From positions 62,001 through 126,000 of the forward strand of contig NIVC01002857.1 of assembly GCA_002269645.1 (NCBI GenBank): 64,000 nt of DNA, given 5' to 3'. The notes beneath the pieces were generated by a model. It did no database searches. It saw only the letters and a program-made list of their open reading frames with translations, and was not told where the DNA came from. A program made the translations under genes and the position numbers. Source of the stretch: Macrostomum lignano (taxonomy: Eukaryota). Below, piece after piece: positions 10,883 through 24,300 of this stretch (the first letter of the stretch is position 1; the number at the start of each line of letters is the position of its first letter).

Positions 10883-13800
10883 AACACACTGCCATTGCCT
10901 ACCATAATTTTCCCATCCCCTACCGATATGTAATGCGAATGGCTTTAACAATCTAGAAGAGAGTGGGGATTCGTGTGGCAGGGCCCAGTCTCCACAAGGC
11001 AGTCAGCCAGTCTGCAGCAGGGCTTCTTTTTCATTTATTCGGGCTTCATCAAGATTTTTATTACTGCGCACAACTCCTCATGACTAGCTGCAGCGCAATT
11101 TCGCACCTGGGATTTCTGCAGAAGGAAAGGTGGGTTCCCATCCCATTAGCCTAGCAACTCCCGGCATGGCAGCAGCTGGTCGAGTGTGACAGGAATTAGG
11201 GGGGGGGCTGTTATTATCTGACTGAACGTGCAGCAGCGCCCCAAGAAACAAGCGGCCGGGGGGAGGGGAGTACACAGAATATGCATTGCGGCATTCGCCC
11301 TGTCCGAGGCCACTAACCCTTCTCTATTCTATTCTACTGTTTTCTGGTCGAAAGAAACTTTTTTATATGAACTTGGGCTATCGCTGCGAGGCTGGACAAG
11401 ACGAGAGGTTTGAGTGGGAGGCGCGGGGGTAAGAGAAAAGGGAAAAGAGCTGGGAGGATTACCATAAGCTTTCAAAGATATCCCCTATAATCATCTCTTA
11501 ATACTATATGCACATACACAATACGGCTTTCTAACACCGCAGATGAGGATTATTAGTAATGCTGCATCCGCTTGGTTGTACTTTTATACCAAATAATAAT
11601 AGATTTTTGCATTCAGCATGCACTCAAGACAACTGCTGCCCCGAGTCTATGGCCAAAATGATGGCCGATTTCAGAAAACAAAAAGAAGCTCAATTTTAAC
11701 CCAATTCATGTCTATGGTTGAAACGCCTTTAGACCACAGACCACAATTTTAGGATCTGTGTTTTAAGACAGACTTGCTTTAAAGACGGCCCCTGCGTTCT
11801 TCCTGGACTTTAATTCACAGCTTTAATGAAGCTACAAGTGTCACAGCGACTTGTCAAAACACTGCACAAGACAGTAGGAAATATTTTCACAAATAAGCAT
11901 CCATCTAAGTGCATGTCTATGGACGAAACCTCTGAAGAAGCGCTTATGATTTGTCTAATTCCGTTTGTCCCTTGTCATTTGTAACTTGTCCGACTAGTGC
12001 TTTACGAAATGGGCCCTAGACACAAGAGGACTAAGCTAATGCTCCAAAGATGAAGTCTTTGCTCACCAAGTGAAACTTTTGGGTCATAGACTCGGTGTAG
12101 CGTTCTGACACTCTGGATTAAGTCAACTGCTCTAAAGCTCAAAGTGACTTCAATTGCGCGCTTTAGCAGAGGCGAGCGCGCACCACAGTCACTGTAGAAG
12201 TCTGCGCAGTTTTAGAAGCATGACAGTAGCTCGATCGAATCCCAAAAATAACGATCGGAAAAGTTTTATAATATGACACAGCATAGCTACTGGTATAAAT
12301 GCCTGCATATATACACTAGATATTATGTCAATTGTACTTTTAGCTCGAGAACGAGATAAGAGTCACTCTGCCTCGCGAGTTGTGCGCTCATCAAATTGTG
12401 GCATCTCTTGCTCTCGCCTCTACTATTCTTACTCCGTTGTACAGTCGGCTTCATGCGTATCGATGTAGCATCATTTTATCTTTTTTCTGACTCTCGTTTT
12501 GCCTCGCTCTGTTTCTATCTGGGCTGACTCACTCTGACCTTTTAGTATAGCGTGACTCCAGCTTAACCTCTCCTATATCCTCTCAACTGGCTTAATTCTT
12601 CTCTGACCTTCTCAGCACCTTATTCATTCACGACCCCTTTTCTCTCTCTCTAACCCTCTACACACTCTCAATCTCTCCCTTGTCACCTAAAGTCTCCCAT
12701 CTCATTCTCTCGCTACTTCTCTCTCCTCCCATTCTCTCTCCCCCACCCTCTCGCGCCTCGCCTTCTCTCCCCTCACTCTCTCCCCTCGACCTCTCTCCCT
12801 TCACCCTCTCTCTCCTCATCCTCTCTCTTCTTCCTATTAGCCTCCATTTCCACACACCAACTTGAATTTCGAGGCTCAGCCTCTTCCCTTAACGTATTGT
12901 CTCCTAAATTCGACAGCGAACAGTCAGACAGACAGACCAATCGGTGTCGGATTGCACATGAGATCAATATAGATAAAAGCCCGGGCCAGATCCCGTCCTT
13001 CTTGCAGAGCAAGTCACGCTGTCGGAGCTATGAAAAGTGCACGCTGAATCTAACGATTGATCTTTTTCCTAGCTCGTGTTGGGAAAGCTCCAGAGATCTG
13101 AGCTCTTCTCCATCTCTCTCTTCCCGGTCTCTCCCAGTCTCTCGCCGTCACAGCTTGCATTGGGTTGGTTTTTAAACAGATAAGTTGCACCAATCCCGAG
13201 GCTCGAATGCTTGCTTGGGCCGGATCCTTCTCTCTGATGCAGCACGTATTTAATTTATTCATCCCTCAGCTGAGAGGATATCGCTTGATGGATGTGCAGA
13301 GACCTAGCCAAAAGGCGTGAATATATATCGCATTTTGCTCGTCTACCCAATCCACCAATTTCAGTGAAAAGCGGAGATAACAACAGTAAAATTTCAATTG
13401 GCAGCATAGCAACAAGAAATCTTCTGCTTCTGTTCTGCATAGCCTCGGCGTACGGCGCTTGTTTTTTCGTTCAAGTTTAACTTTATTGAATAAATTTGCA
13501 GTGCGCTACTTTTGGTAGTAGTGTAGTTTGCTATTTACTATGAATTAAAAAAACTTTAATTCATTTAATTTTTGAATGGTCGCGGCTTGTTTTCCGTCTA
13601 ACGTAATTTTTCCCAAGGTTTTTATTTTGCTTATTATCTGTACCCCAAAAAACAAAATATATGTACAATCCGATCTATACGTGTACATTGATCGTTCTCC
13701 GTACATGTACGTTGCCCAGTCTGGGGTGCAATTTAATTCTACCCCTATTCCTGAGAAAATGTACACGCGATTGGTTTAATCGATTTTTAGCTCGCCAACC

Positions 13801-14219
13801 CCGTTTTAAAACTCATTCTGTAATTGGCTGGGCGCCCCACCCCTCCTCCAAGATTTCACAACCTTCTTATCGTGTCAGTGTCTGCGTTCGTACACACAAG
13901 CATATTCTACGCGGAAAAAATGTTTTAGTTTTTAACTTTAATTAATGCTTTCTCAAAGCTGCTTTTAGTTCATCTTCGCGCTTGATTCCGTTTAGCAAAA
14001 TTATATTTAATTTTAGTAACATTAAAATAAAATCAATTTAAATATAAGGCCAGATTTATGTGTTGTTGCAATGTTTAAAATACATCATCAACGTACTCAG
14101 CTGTGCGCAATCGATTAATGTCAATCCTATACGGTTTATGCAATGAGCTGTTCACAAATATCAAGTTTATTTAAACGCCTGAAGGACTTTAACAGTTCTA
14201 CACGGCGCACGCTTCTTCA

Positions 14220-14563
14220 CATATCCACCCCAGAGACACATATATCTCCATCCCAGAGACACATCTCCACCCGAGAGACACATATATCTCCATCCCAGAG
14301 ACACTTCTCCACCCCAGAGACTCATCTCCACCCAGAGACTCATCCACCCCAGAGACTCATCTCCACCCCAGACACATATCTCAACCCCAGACACATATCT
14401 CAACCCCAGAGGCACATATCTGCACCCAGACACAATCTCCACCCCAGAGACACATCTCCACCCCAGAGACACATCTCCACCCCAGAGACGCATCTCCACC
14501 CCAGAGACACATCTCCACCGCAGAGGCACATCTCCACCCCAGAGACACATCTCCACCCCAGAC
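14220..14563. repeat. Minisatellite with ~19-bp unit (CCCCAGAGACACATCTCCA)
   Basis: Tandem units, with 19-bp periodicity seen at 14461 and 14480. Confidence 0.9.
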
Positions 14564-14900
14564 ACATTAAATATCATAACAGAGGTTAAATATCATACGA
14601 GCTTACACTACTCACGTGAGTAGAATGGAAATTTGTATTTGTATTTTACGTTTCAAAAATACGTGCCATATGAGCCCTAGAGACTGATTAATTACAAAGT
14701 TGATTCAGAACATAAAATTTTGTTTATTTGCAAGCAAGGAATCATGAATTACATGTGATTTTTGCACAGATTCTATTCAAAATAGAAGTAGTAAAAATCG
14801 ATCGCGAAATATTGAATCACAGAAAGGTTTTTAAGCATAACTTCAAGTTGAAGAAGTTTCAGCGCTTTTCGAGTTACGAGCTTGAACTCCGGGTGCTTAC

Positions 14901-17900
14901 TTAGCTAACCTTGGTTCTTCCAGCATTAAAGTGAGACAGAATTTCGATTGGTAGAGGAAAAATAACAGTAGAATTTTTCTCAGCAGAAATTGTTGTCAGA
15001 GTTTGAAGATAGCGCAGCTGCAGCGCGGCCGGAGATTCGCTCATGATGTCGGCGGCTTCTTTCAGCGATCTGGAGGCCTTCATCTCACCGTCGGCTGCGA
15101 TCACCTGGTGGGATAGAGGTCAGTGAGGCTGACTTGGTTTGAACACACTTTGGGATAGTATAAATTATTCATACTAAATATGATCATCTGTCTCTCTTCT
15201 AGTGACGAAGAATGGGCCATCTGTCTGTCTGTTAGTGATGAAAAATGGCCACCGGTCAGTCTGGTAGTGATGAATAATGACCACTTGTCTGTCTGTTAGT
15301 GATAAAGAATGACCACTTGTCTGTCTGTTAGTGATGAAGAATGACCACTTGTCTGTCTGTTAGTGATGAAGAATGACCACTTGTCTGTCTGTTAGTGATG
15401 AAGAATGACCACTTGTCTGTCTGTTAGTGATGAAGAATGACCACTTGTCTGTCTGTTAGTGATGAAGAATGACCACTTGTCTGTCTGTTAGTGATGAAGA
15501 ATGACCACTTGTCTGTCTGTTAGTGATGAAGAATGACCACTTGTCTGTCTGTTAGTGATTAGGAATGACCATGAATCTTGCCTTATATTCGTGAATTAAC
15601 CTATGACGTAGTATGACGAAGGATGTACCCAATTCCTTTCGTGTACCACTTGACGTCGCACACTACTTACTTTAGCTTTAGCATCCCTGTTGGCTTCCGC
15701 CTCGGCAGCCATGGAACGCTGCAACTGTTGCGGTAGACGCACGTCTTTTCTGTAAATTTGCCAAAAACGTTATTTTTTAGGATGTGTTCAGGGTGGAACG
15801 GAATATTTAGAATATTGAGCATGCTCTGCACAAGCGATCCTTACACTTCCACGCGTTCGACTTTTACGCCCCATGGATCAGTTGCTTCATCTAGGATGCT
15901 CTGTAAGACGTTGATAATTTTCCGTCTATGGTTTCATGATCACGTGATAAAATCGACTTATCCACAGCCCAACGCCCGACAAAAGTGAAGTGTACGCAAG
16001 TGACACCAGCACTCATTTGCAGTCCAACAACACCCCACAAAAGTGAAGTGTACGCAAGTGACACTAACATTCATCTGCAGTCCAACAACACCCCACAAAA
16101 GTGAAGTGTACGCAAGTGACACCAGCACTCATCCGCGCAGTCCAACAACACCCCACAAAAGTCAAGTGTACGCAATGTGACACTAGCACTCATCTGCAGT
16201 TCAGCAACACCCCACAAAAGTCAAGTGTATACGCAAGTGACACTAGCACTCATCCGCAGTCCAACAACACCCCACAAAAGTCAAGTGTACGCAAGTGACA
16301 CCAGCACTCATCCGCGCAGCCCAACAACACCCCACAAAAGTCAAGTAGAGCCCATATAATTGCATGACAAAGTTAAAAGACCTCACCGAAATGCTCTGAC
16401 TCATGGCGTCCCTCTCGCTTAATATCTCACTAAGAGTTCTGGACCCCAGAACATTTCTTAACGTAGTCTGAGCCAGATATTTTGTCGACGAGTCAACATC
16501 TGACACGGCTGTCACTGATAAGATCGGATTAACAACTTTGTAGTAAACTACCGCGTCAACGGATACTGTCACTGAGTCTCTTGTTAGAATCTGGAATGCA
16601 ATAAGTTTTTTCTTGTAATGAATTATTCTTAACTTTCTCCATATACATGTAAATAGTCTGCGCCGCTATATTACGGCGAATCCGTGATGCATCTAACTTT
16701 AAAAGTACATTTGGAACGATCAATATGCTTACCAGTGTGTTGTTCCAGATATAATAAGTTAATACAGCTGTTTTTGCTACCTCCAAAGGGAAGGGTAGCT
16801 TAGTAGTATCTAACTGCACATAACTTACATCTAAAACTAATTACAGATGCTGTAGCAAAAGATAACAGACAAATCGTGGAAACTTACCGCCTGAGGCGGC
16901 ACATCAAACATCAAAGTCCTCAGGTCCACAATTCGTATTTGATCAACGCAGGGCACAATCAGAAACAGGCCGGGACCCTTGGCCCTGCCGGACACAATTC
17001 GGCCAAGACGGAAGATCACCGCCCTCTCGTACTCCTTGATGATCTGGAAGGTAATCATTCATATCCAGGTCAAAGGCCTAATTTGTTCAAAAATCTCCTC
17101 ACGACTGTCCATGATTAAATCGGTGCTTGACTAATACTGTCAACGAACGGACAAGTGCAGGACCAATAAGGTCTTGATCTAATGACCTAAACAGACCATG
17201 ACTCAACCAGTTCATGCATCAACCATGTATTCCATGACTCAGCCAGTCCATCCATGACTCAGCCAGTCCATCCATGACTCAACCAGTCCATCCATGATTC
17301 AACCAGTCTATGACTCAACCAGTCCATGACTCAACCAGTACATCACTCAATCAGTCCATGACTCAACCAGTCCATGACTCAACCAGTCCATTATCTCGTA
17401 CTCAACCAGTCTATTATCTCGAACTCAACCAGTCTATTATCTCGTACTCAACCAGTCCATTATCTCGTACTCAACCAGTCCATTATCTCGTACTCAACCA
17501 GTCCATTATCTCGTACTCAGCCAGTCCATTATTAAACCATGCAGTCCATGACTCAACCAGTTAATGGCTCAACCAGTCCATGACTCAGCCAGTCCATGAC
17601 TCAGCCAGTCCATGACTCAGCCAGTCCATGACTCAGCCAGTCCATGACTCAACCAGTTAATGGCTCAACTAGTCCATGACTCAGCCAGTCCATGACTCAG
17701 CCAGTCCATGACTCAGCCCAGTCCATGACTCAGCCAGTCCATGACTCAGCCAGTCCATGACTCAGCCCAGTCCATGACTCAGCCAGTCCATGACTCAACC
17801 AGTCCATAACTCAACCAGTCCATGACTCAACCCAGTCCATGACTTAACCAGTCCATGACTCAGCCCAGTCCATGACTCAACCAGTCCATGACTCCACCAG

Positions 17901-18254
17901 TCCATGACTCAACCAGTCCATGACTGCAGTTACGATCACGTGACCAAAACTGTCGATAACGGAAAATTCTCACAAGTCGCCGATTTAGCAAAGTCTGTAA
18001 AACAATACTACAATGCATGTTTTCCTTACTTTAATGAACACAAGCATAGACAGCGGCAGGGTTAGCAGTGTCAGAAGTACAGCCAGCGCTACTAGCAGGT
18101 AGCCGCAACATCCCAAGCTTGAACTGGTTGGCCTGAGCTCTGAACCCTTCGAATACTGCTGCCCCTGGTTGCTGGCCTCCGGCTCCGGGCTGACTCGATT
18201 TGGTTCAATAAGATTGCTGCGCATTTCTACAGTAACGCCGCTGGCACTGCTCAT
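14901..18254 (-). CDS. STOM: Stomatin / band-7 (SPFH) family membrane protein, about 307 aa
   Basis: Exons 18254-18030, 17043-16888, 16590-16387, 15900-15845, 15749-15671 and 15104-14901 join in frame. Hydrophobic hairpin ([17 protein letters not shown]); motifs [70 protein letters not shown]. Confidence 0.95.
15205..15570. repeat. Intronic minisatellite, 32-bp unit (GTGATGAAGAATGACCACTTGTCTGTCTGTTA)
   Basis: Period 32 (15331, 15363, 15395); lies in stomatin intron 5. Confidence 0.95.
15960..16345. repeat. Intronic minisatellite, ~58-60-bp unit
   Basis: CAAAAGT(G/C)AAGTGTACGC recurs at 15980, 16038, 16096 and 16156; lies in stomatin intron 3. Confidence 0.93.
17195..17925. repeat. Intronic minisatellite, ~16-bp unit (TGACTCAGCCAGTCCA)
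   Basis: Tandem units in stomatin intron 1, with about 25 TGACTCA cores counted by eye. Confidence 0.95.
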
Positions 18255-18976
18255 TACAGTTTTTACCTGTCGAATCTTGTAATATTATTTGGTCGCATAG
18301 AAATCTCTTATATACCCAAATAATCTGTAGCTCTATAGCTTTAGCCAATGGCCAACTTTATATTAATTTAATTTAGCACCGAGACTGATTAGATAAGAGG
18401 AGAGAGAAAATAAAAAATACAGTACAGAACGCATAGGCTACACTCAGTGTCTACTTTTACGTACACAGCTCTTTATTTGTCATGGCGATAGCAGTCAAAG
18501 ACCACTTATCGACTGATATTAATATTAGCTCAGCTTGATTGATTAAATTACAGTAACCTGTCGTCACTGGTTGTTAGACATTAATTCACTAATTAGGATC
18601 GCCTCAGTTTATGAGCAAGGAATGCATTTAGTTAATTTTATCGACTCGTATTAGTCATTGCATACATAAAAGTGTAAGGATTATATATTGTAAATGTACA
18701 AGTACAGTTGCAGCCAAGTGGTTTATGTACATGCGCATTAATATCAATCCACAAGTACATTGCACTATAGTTACTGTACTTATATTATTATCAGCTCTAG
18801 AGTATAAGTGTACACTAATATTAAAAAAAACACAGAAAATATAGAATAGTGTCTAAATCTACAATGGAAAACAAATATCAGGAGTTCTATATTAGTATTT
18901 GATATCGCACTCAATTATAACTATAATATCATTGCGCTGATTTAATACATGTACTACGGTATTTAGTAAATTGGAA

Positions 18977-19201
18977 TCAGTAGCAGCCTCTGCAATTGCC
19001 TGTGCAATAGTCTCTGCAAGCGCACGAACAATTGTTGTTGCAGCAATCGCTATGGAACACGCAGAATCCTCCAGTTAGCTGGCAATCGTCAGTAGAAATT
19101 GGCAGGTGCGAACAGGCGGACACGGAATGGTAGTAGTATGTGGCGCACATTGCCAGTGCGATGACTGTGCTATAGAACTGCACCAGGCGCTGTGAATTCA
19201 T
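18977..19201 (-). CDS. Small secreted cysteine-rich peptide with a knottin/toxin-like framework, 74 aa
   Basis: MNSQRLVQFYSTVIALAMCATYYYHSVSA-CSHLPISTDD-CQLTGGFCVFHSDCCNNNCSCACRDYCTGNCRGCY*. Signal-like N-terminus and C-x6-C-x5-CC-x3-C core. GC-richer island in AT-rich DNA, with an upstream acceptor (TCTACAG) and a downstream ATTAAA. Confidence 0.7.
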   Translation of the reverse strand: MNSQRLVQFYSTVIALAMCATYYYHSVSACSHLPISTDDCQLTGGFCVFHSDCCNNNCSCACRDYCTGNCRGCY

Positions 19202-19961
19202 AACTTTGCGAAATCCGAACTTGCCAAGCAGCCGCACATTGGGATCTGTAGAGTAACGATTTCACGAAAGCAATATAACGTAACGCGTGTGTTTTCCCAC
19301 GATTTTGCGGACCGCACGACCCACGGAATCGTCGATATGTGATCGCGGTATAGTCTATGGCATTATTGGCGTAGAAAAATATAAATTTAACAAACAGTAT
19401 GATGCTGTCAACATAACAGAAGTACATTTTTAAACAATACGTCGTTAGAAGAATATTTCATTAAATGTAGAAGCTGTGCCGACAAGTAAACTGTATTTCT
19501 CACACGGCTTCGATCCGTGTTAGTTGATGTGCAGCCACAGCCGACTAAAGGTGGTAAGGTGGCCGGTTGCTAAGGTAAATGTCGACTTTGACGACTGTTC
19601 AACCTGTTTGATGTTGTCTCATTCTTGTAAATCTTGTTTCGGATTCCGAAAAAGTTTCCACGTCATTGAGGTCCAGGATATATATTGGCAATCACAACCA
19701 CTGATCATCGACGACAGACGTATTCGCGCTCAGTTTGGATTATTAATTCCAATTCCGCTAGTTTCATTTATGGTCAATCCTTACATAGCGGCGCCCTCGG
19801 ATCGAAATAATGAGACATGACAGATTTTGCAGACCTCGGATTTCACTTATTCCAGCCCTCAAATCCATAGTCATAAACAGTTATGGTCAATTTTAGCGGA
19901 TTGCCATGATACAAGACAATACAAGATATATATAGATAGATAGATGAAAATATGTAAAGGA

Positions 19962-20152
19962 GGCCGTAGCCTAGTGGTCTAGCGCTGCGCTCTGATGTGC
20001 CAGCGGCCCAGGCTCGATTCCAAGTGCAGTCACATTAATTTGGGGCTACATTGGAATCTCGGCTTGGCTCTGCTCGTGCAATTAATGCCCTTAAGGGCCA
20101 ACCCCCACGGCACAGTGAAGTGTACATGCCTAACGATAAATAAAGTTAGGGC
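19962..20152 (+). mobile_element. tRNA-derived SINE, family A, copy 1 (may extend to ~20340)
   Basis: A-box-like TAGCCTAGTGG and B-box-like GGCTCGATTCC; closely similar over ~190 bp to the copy at 23493. Confidence 0.8.
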
Positions 20153-20744
20153 TGCTGTACACTACGGTGAGTGTGTGCCTGCGCGTATGACTGCGTACGT
20201 ATCCGCGCGCTTGTGTGCCTGCTCTGGGGAGTCGGCGGAATGGGCAGTGATGCCTCTCGCCGTTTGTGTGACAATGTCGCTTAAAGTGCACCAGGGTACA
20301 CAGCCCCTGCCCCTAGCTAAACAGATGGATTGACAGATTAGAGACAAAAAGTACTAAACAAACGCTTGAAATTTGCTCATATTTTGCTTAAACAAATCAA
20401 AATGATCAACCTAACGATATCATCTCACAATGTATTACATAGTGATAGTGGCACAAACAAATTAACGGCAGATATAATGGCTAATGATTAAATATTTTGT
20501 GTTTCATTTAAATATTGAATGAATTCTCCAACTTCAAAGCAAGTAAAACTTTTGCTATAAAAGAAACCAAAAATTGATTAAAAATCGGTATCAACACACA
20601 GTTATAAACAAAAATTATTTTATAAATAAATTATTGTAGTTAACACGTTGACGAATAGCATAGGCAATACAGACTAGTGTAATAAATCTGGATTTCTGAA
20701 GAGCACCTAGAGTATGTAAGCACAGTTGCGTGTGTATTCATGCC

Positions 20745-21290
20745 ACTCACTGTGGCGTCCGTCTAACATCCACTATGGCGCCAGCTCTCTATATTATAGA
20801 GGCGTCTCTCTATAACACTAACTATGGAGCCTCTCTAACACCCACTGTGGCGCCTCTCTATAACACTAACTGTGGCGCCTCTCTAACACCCACTGTGGCG
20901 CCTCTCTAACACCCACTGTGGCACCTCTCTAACACCCACTGTGGCGCCTCTCTATAACACTAACTGTGGAGCCTCTCTAACACCCACTGTGGCGCCTCTC
21001 TAACACCACTGTGGCACCTCTCTAACACCCACTGTGGCGCCTCTCTAACACTCAATGTGGCGTTTCTCTAACACCCACTGTGGCGTCTCTCTATAACACT
21101 AACTATGGAGCCTCTCTAACACCCACTGTGGCGCCTCTCTATAACACTAACTGTGGAGCCTCTCTAACACCCACTGTGGCGCCTCTCTAACACCACTGTG
21201 GCACCTCTCTAACACCCACTGTGGCGCCTCTCTAACACTCAATGTGGCGTTTCTCTAACACCCACTGTGGCGTCTCTCTAACATCCACTA
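20745..21290. repeat. Minisatellite, 23/25-bp units (CTCTCTAACACCCACTGTGGCGC)
   Basis: Tandem array beginning just 3' of the FPGT stop codon. Confidence 0.93.
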
Positions 21291-21321
21291 TTCAATGGTT
21301 AGTAAAAGGCACATCTGGTAT

Positions 21322-24300
21322 TCAGAAAGTCATCCTGAACTCTATCAGAGCTTTGGTGTCCTTCTCCATGACAATATCAGCCATGCTCATCAGTCTTCTC
21401 TCTTCGGGCTTTTCAGCCAGCCAGTCAACCAGTCTCCAAGACTCGCTGCTCCATCTCAACAACTTAAGCGTTGTCAACAAAGACTGGTCGCCTTGTCCAT
21501 GGCCGCCAACCGCTGCAGTCCAAGTCCTGTCGCAGGGGAACAGTCTAGCAGTCCACAGGCTGCCACTGCCAGACCATTCCGCCTCGTCCAATGGCAGGCC
21601 GTGGCGATGACAGAATTCCACCAACGGTCTGCCAAGAAATTTGGCTTCGGTTAAGCTTTGCTGCTTTGGATTGTCGTCCGAGTGCCAGGCCCACGTGACT
21701 TGGCCGGCTCCAGCTAGTAGCGGCACGGTCTGCAGCACCCAGCCATCCGGGATGACCAGTTCAGCTTCCGGCTCGCGGCATCGGCAATGACTCAACAAGC
21801 AGCCCGACCCGATGCGGCAGGAGCGAGCGGAGATTTCGCAGAATTCCAATGCGGAACCGGTTCCGTTGGATGAGATTTCCAAGCCGTTGGCTATGTTGAT
21901 GCGAGAGTTGGTGACAAGGATAGGGCTGAAATAGGAAGTTTAATGCTTCTCTCTGTAGAGATTAGATTGATTATTCCCTAAATCTCATAGAGATTAGATT
22001 GATTATTCCCTAAATCTTATAGAGATTGATTATTCCCTAATCTTATGGAAACTAGACTAATTTTTTCCTAAATCTCAAAGGAATTAAATTGATTATTCAC
22101 TAAATCTCATAGAGATTAGATTGACTATTCCCTAAATTGCATAGAGATTAGATTGATTATTCTCTAAATGTCATAAAGATTAGATTGGTTAGTCTCTAAA
22201 TCTCATATAGATTAGATAGATTATTTCCTAAATCTCACCCAGCGTCTCAACAATAGAGATTAGATTGATTATATTCCCCAAATCTCATAGAGATTAGATT
22301 GATTATTCCCTAAATCTCATATAGATTAAATTGATTTTATTCCCTAAATCTCACCCAGAATAAAGATGGGGATAAGATCTGATATTGTATTCAGAATAAT
22401 ATCTAGAAATGAGACAATATCATAAATCTTACCCACTGTCAGGTGCAGCGGCGGTGCTGAAGCACCTGGCTAATTCGATAGGCTGAAACAGGTTATTCAA
22501 GTATTCTTTAGTGCTGCCAATGTGGACCAGTGCGGATCGTTCAATGCGGCACAGTTTGAGTTGTCTTCCTTTGAGCAGCTCAAACAGGCTCGTGCGCAGC
22601 TGGGCGAGACGAGCAGCTGTCGATGGACTGGGATGCCGGGTCAGGTTTCGAATCTCGTTGACGTAGTCATCGAGATGGGCGTCTCTGGGAGAGTGGGCGA
22701 GAAACCAATGCGGGACATGTTCAGTGGGTGCTCTGATCCTTCAGTGGGTGCTCTGACCCTTCAGTGGGTGCTCTGATCCTTCAGTGGGTGCTCTGATCCT
22801 TCAGTGGGTGCTCTGACCCTTCAGTGGGTGCTCTGATTCTTCAGTGGGTGCTCTGATTCTTCAGTGGGTGCTCTGATTCTTCAGTGGGTGCTCTGATCCT
22901 TCAGTGGGTGCTCTGATCCTTCAGTGGGTGCTCTGATCCTTCAGTGGGTGCTCTGACCCTTCAGTGAGTGCTCTGATTCTTCAGTGGGTGCTCTGATCCT
23001 TCAGTGGGTGCTCTGATTCTTCAGTGGGTGCTCTGATTCTTCAGTGGGTGCTCTGATTCTTCAGTGGGTGCTCTGATCCTTCAGTGGGTGCTCTGATTCT
23101 TCAGTGGGTGCTCTGATTCTTCAGTGGGTGCTCTGATCCTTCAGTGGGTGCTCTGATCCTTCAGTGGGTGCTCTGACCCTTCAGTGGGTGCTCTGATTCT
23201 TCAGTGGGTGCTCTGATTCTTCAGTGGGTGCTCTGATCCTTCAGTGGGTGCTCTGACCCTTCAGTGAGTGCTCTGATTCTTCAGTGGGTGCTCTGATTCT
23301 TCAGTGGGTGCTCTGATTCTTCAGTGGGTGCTCTGATCCTTCAGTGGGTGCTCTGATCCTTCAGTGGGTGCTCTGATCCTTCAGTGGGTGCTCTGATCCT
23401 TCAGTGGGTGCTCTGATCTTCAGTGGGCGTGCTAACTTCAACCCGACAGACACTCCAAGTCCCTCTATAGTGCGACAAGGTCGCTCTCACCTAGGTGCCG
23501 TAGCCCAATGGTCTAGCGTAGCGCTCTGATGTGCCTGCGGCCCAGGCTCGATTCCAAGTGCAGTCACATTAATTTGGGGCTCAATTGTAATCTCGGCTTG
23601 GCTCTGCTCGTGCAATTAACGACCTTAAGGCTGAGGGCCCCCAAGGCACAGTGAAGTGTACATGCCCAACGATAAATAAAGTTAGGGCCCCTGGGTCTAA
23701 TAAAAAGGCCTCTCTCACCTGCCCAGTCCCCGCAGCAGGTCTCCGTAAGCATCCAGCTCCACCCCAGCCATGGAGGATTCGTTGGCATCTCGCCAGGCCA
23801 ATAAGGCTTCGATGAAGTGACCGTTCAACCAAAAATTTGAATCAATCAAAATGCTACCATCTGTGGAGTCGATAAGCCCGCTAGCTGATCGCATCTCCGC
23901 AATAGTCGGTTTTTGAAGCACCCGAGAACAGTCCAGAACGGTGAAGCTATTCGAACTGCATCGATAATCCTCTTGGTTGCTTAGCTCCCCCTGGTCAACA
24001 TCTACGCAGTAAACTCCGTGTCCGGTTGCTAAGCTCAAATCCACAGTGGGATGGGCTAAAGCGACTATGTCGGACTCGGCGAGGCGGCGAGAACAAGTCG
24101 AATTGGATATTAGACTGATGGAATCGAACTTGTAGGGTAGCAGAGCGTCTGAGCAGGCTGTGCGGGACAGGGTGGGCGTTTAAGAAAGAGCTAAGCACTG
24201 GTTAGAGATTTGACAGATCTTGAAGCTTATTGTACAGACACCTGATCGGTCATTGTACCAATATCTTGAAGCTTATTGTACAGACACCTGATCGGTTATT

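Noticed and set aside
19962-20035. tRNA genes at 19962, 23497, 50313 and 6420
   Set aside because: A and B boxes are present but there is no convincing cloverleaf, and each continues into a shared SINE body; called SINE heads instead.
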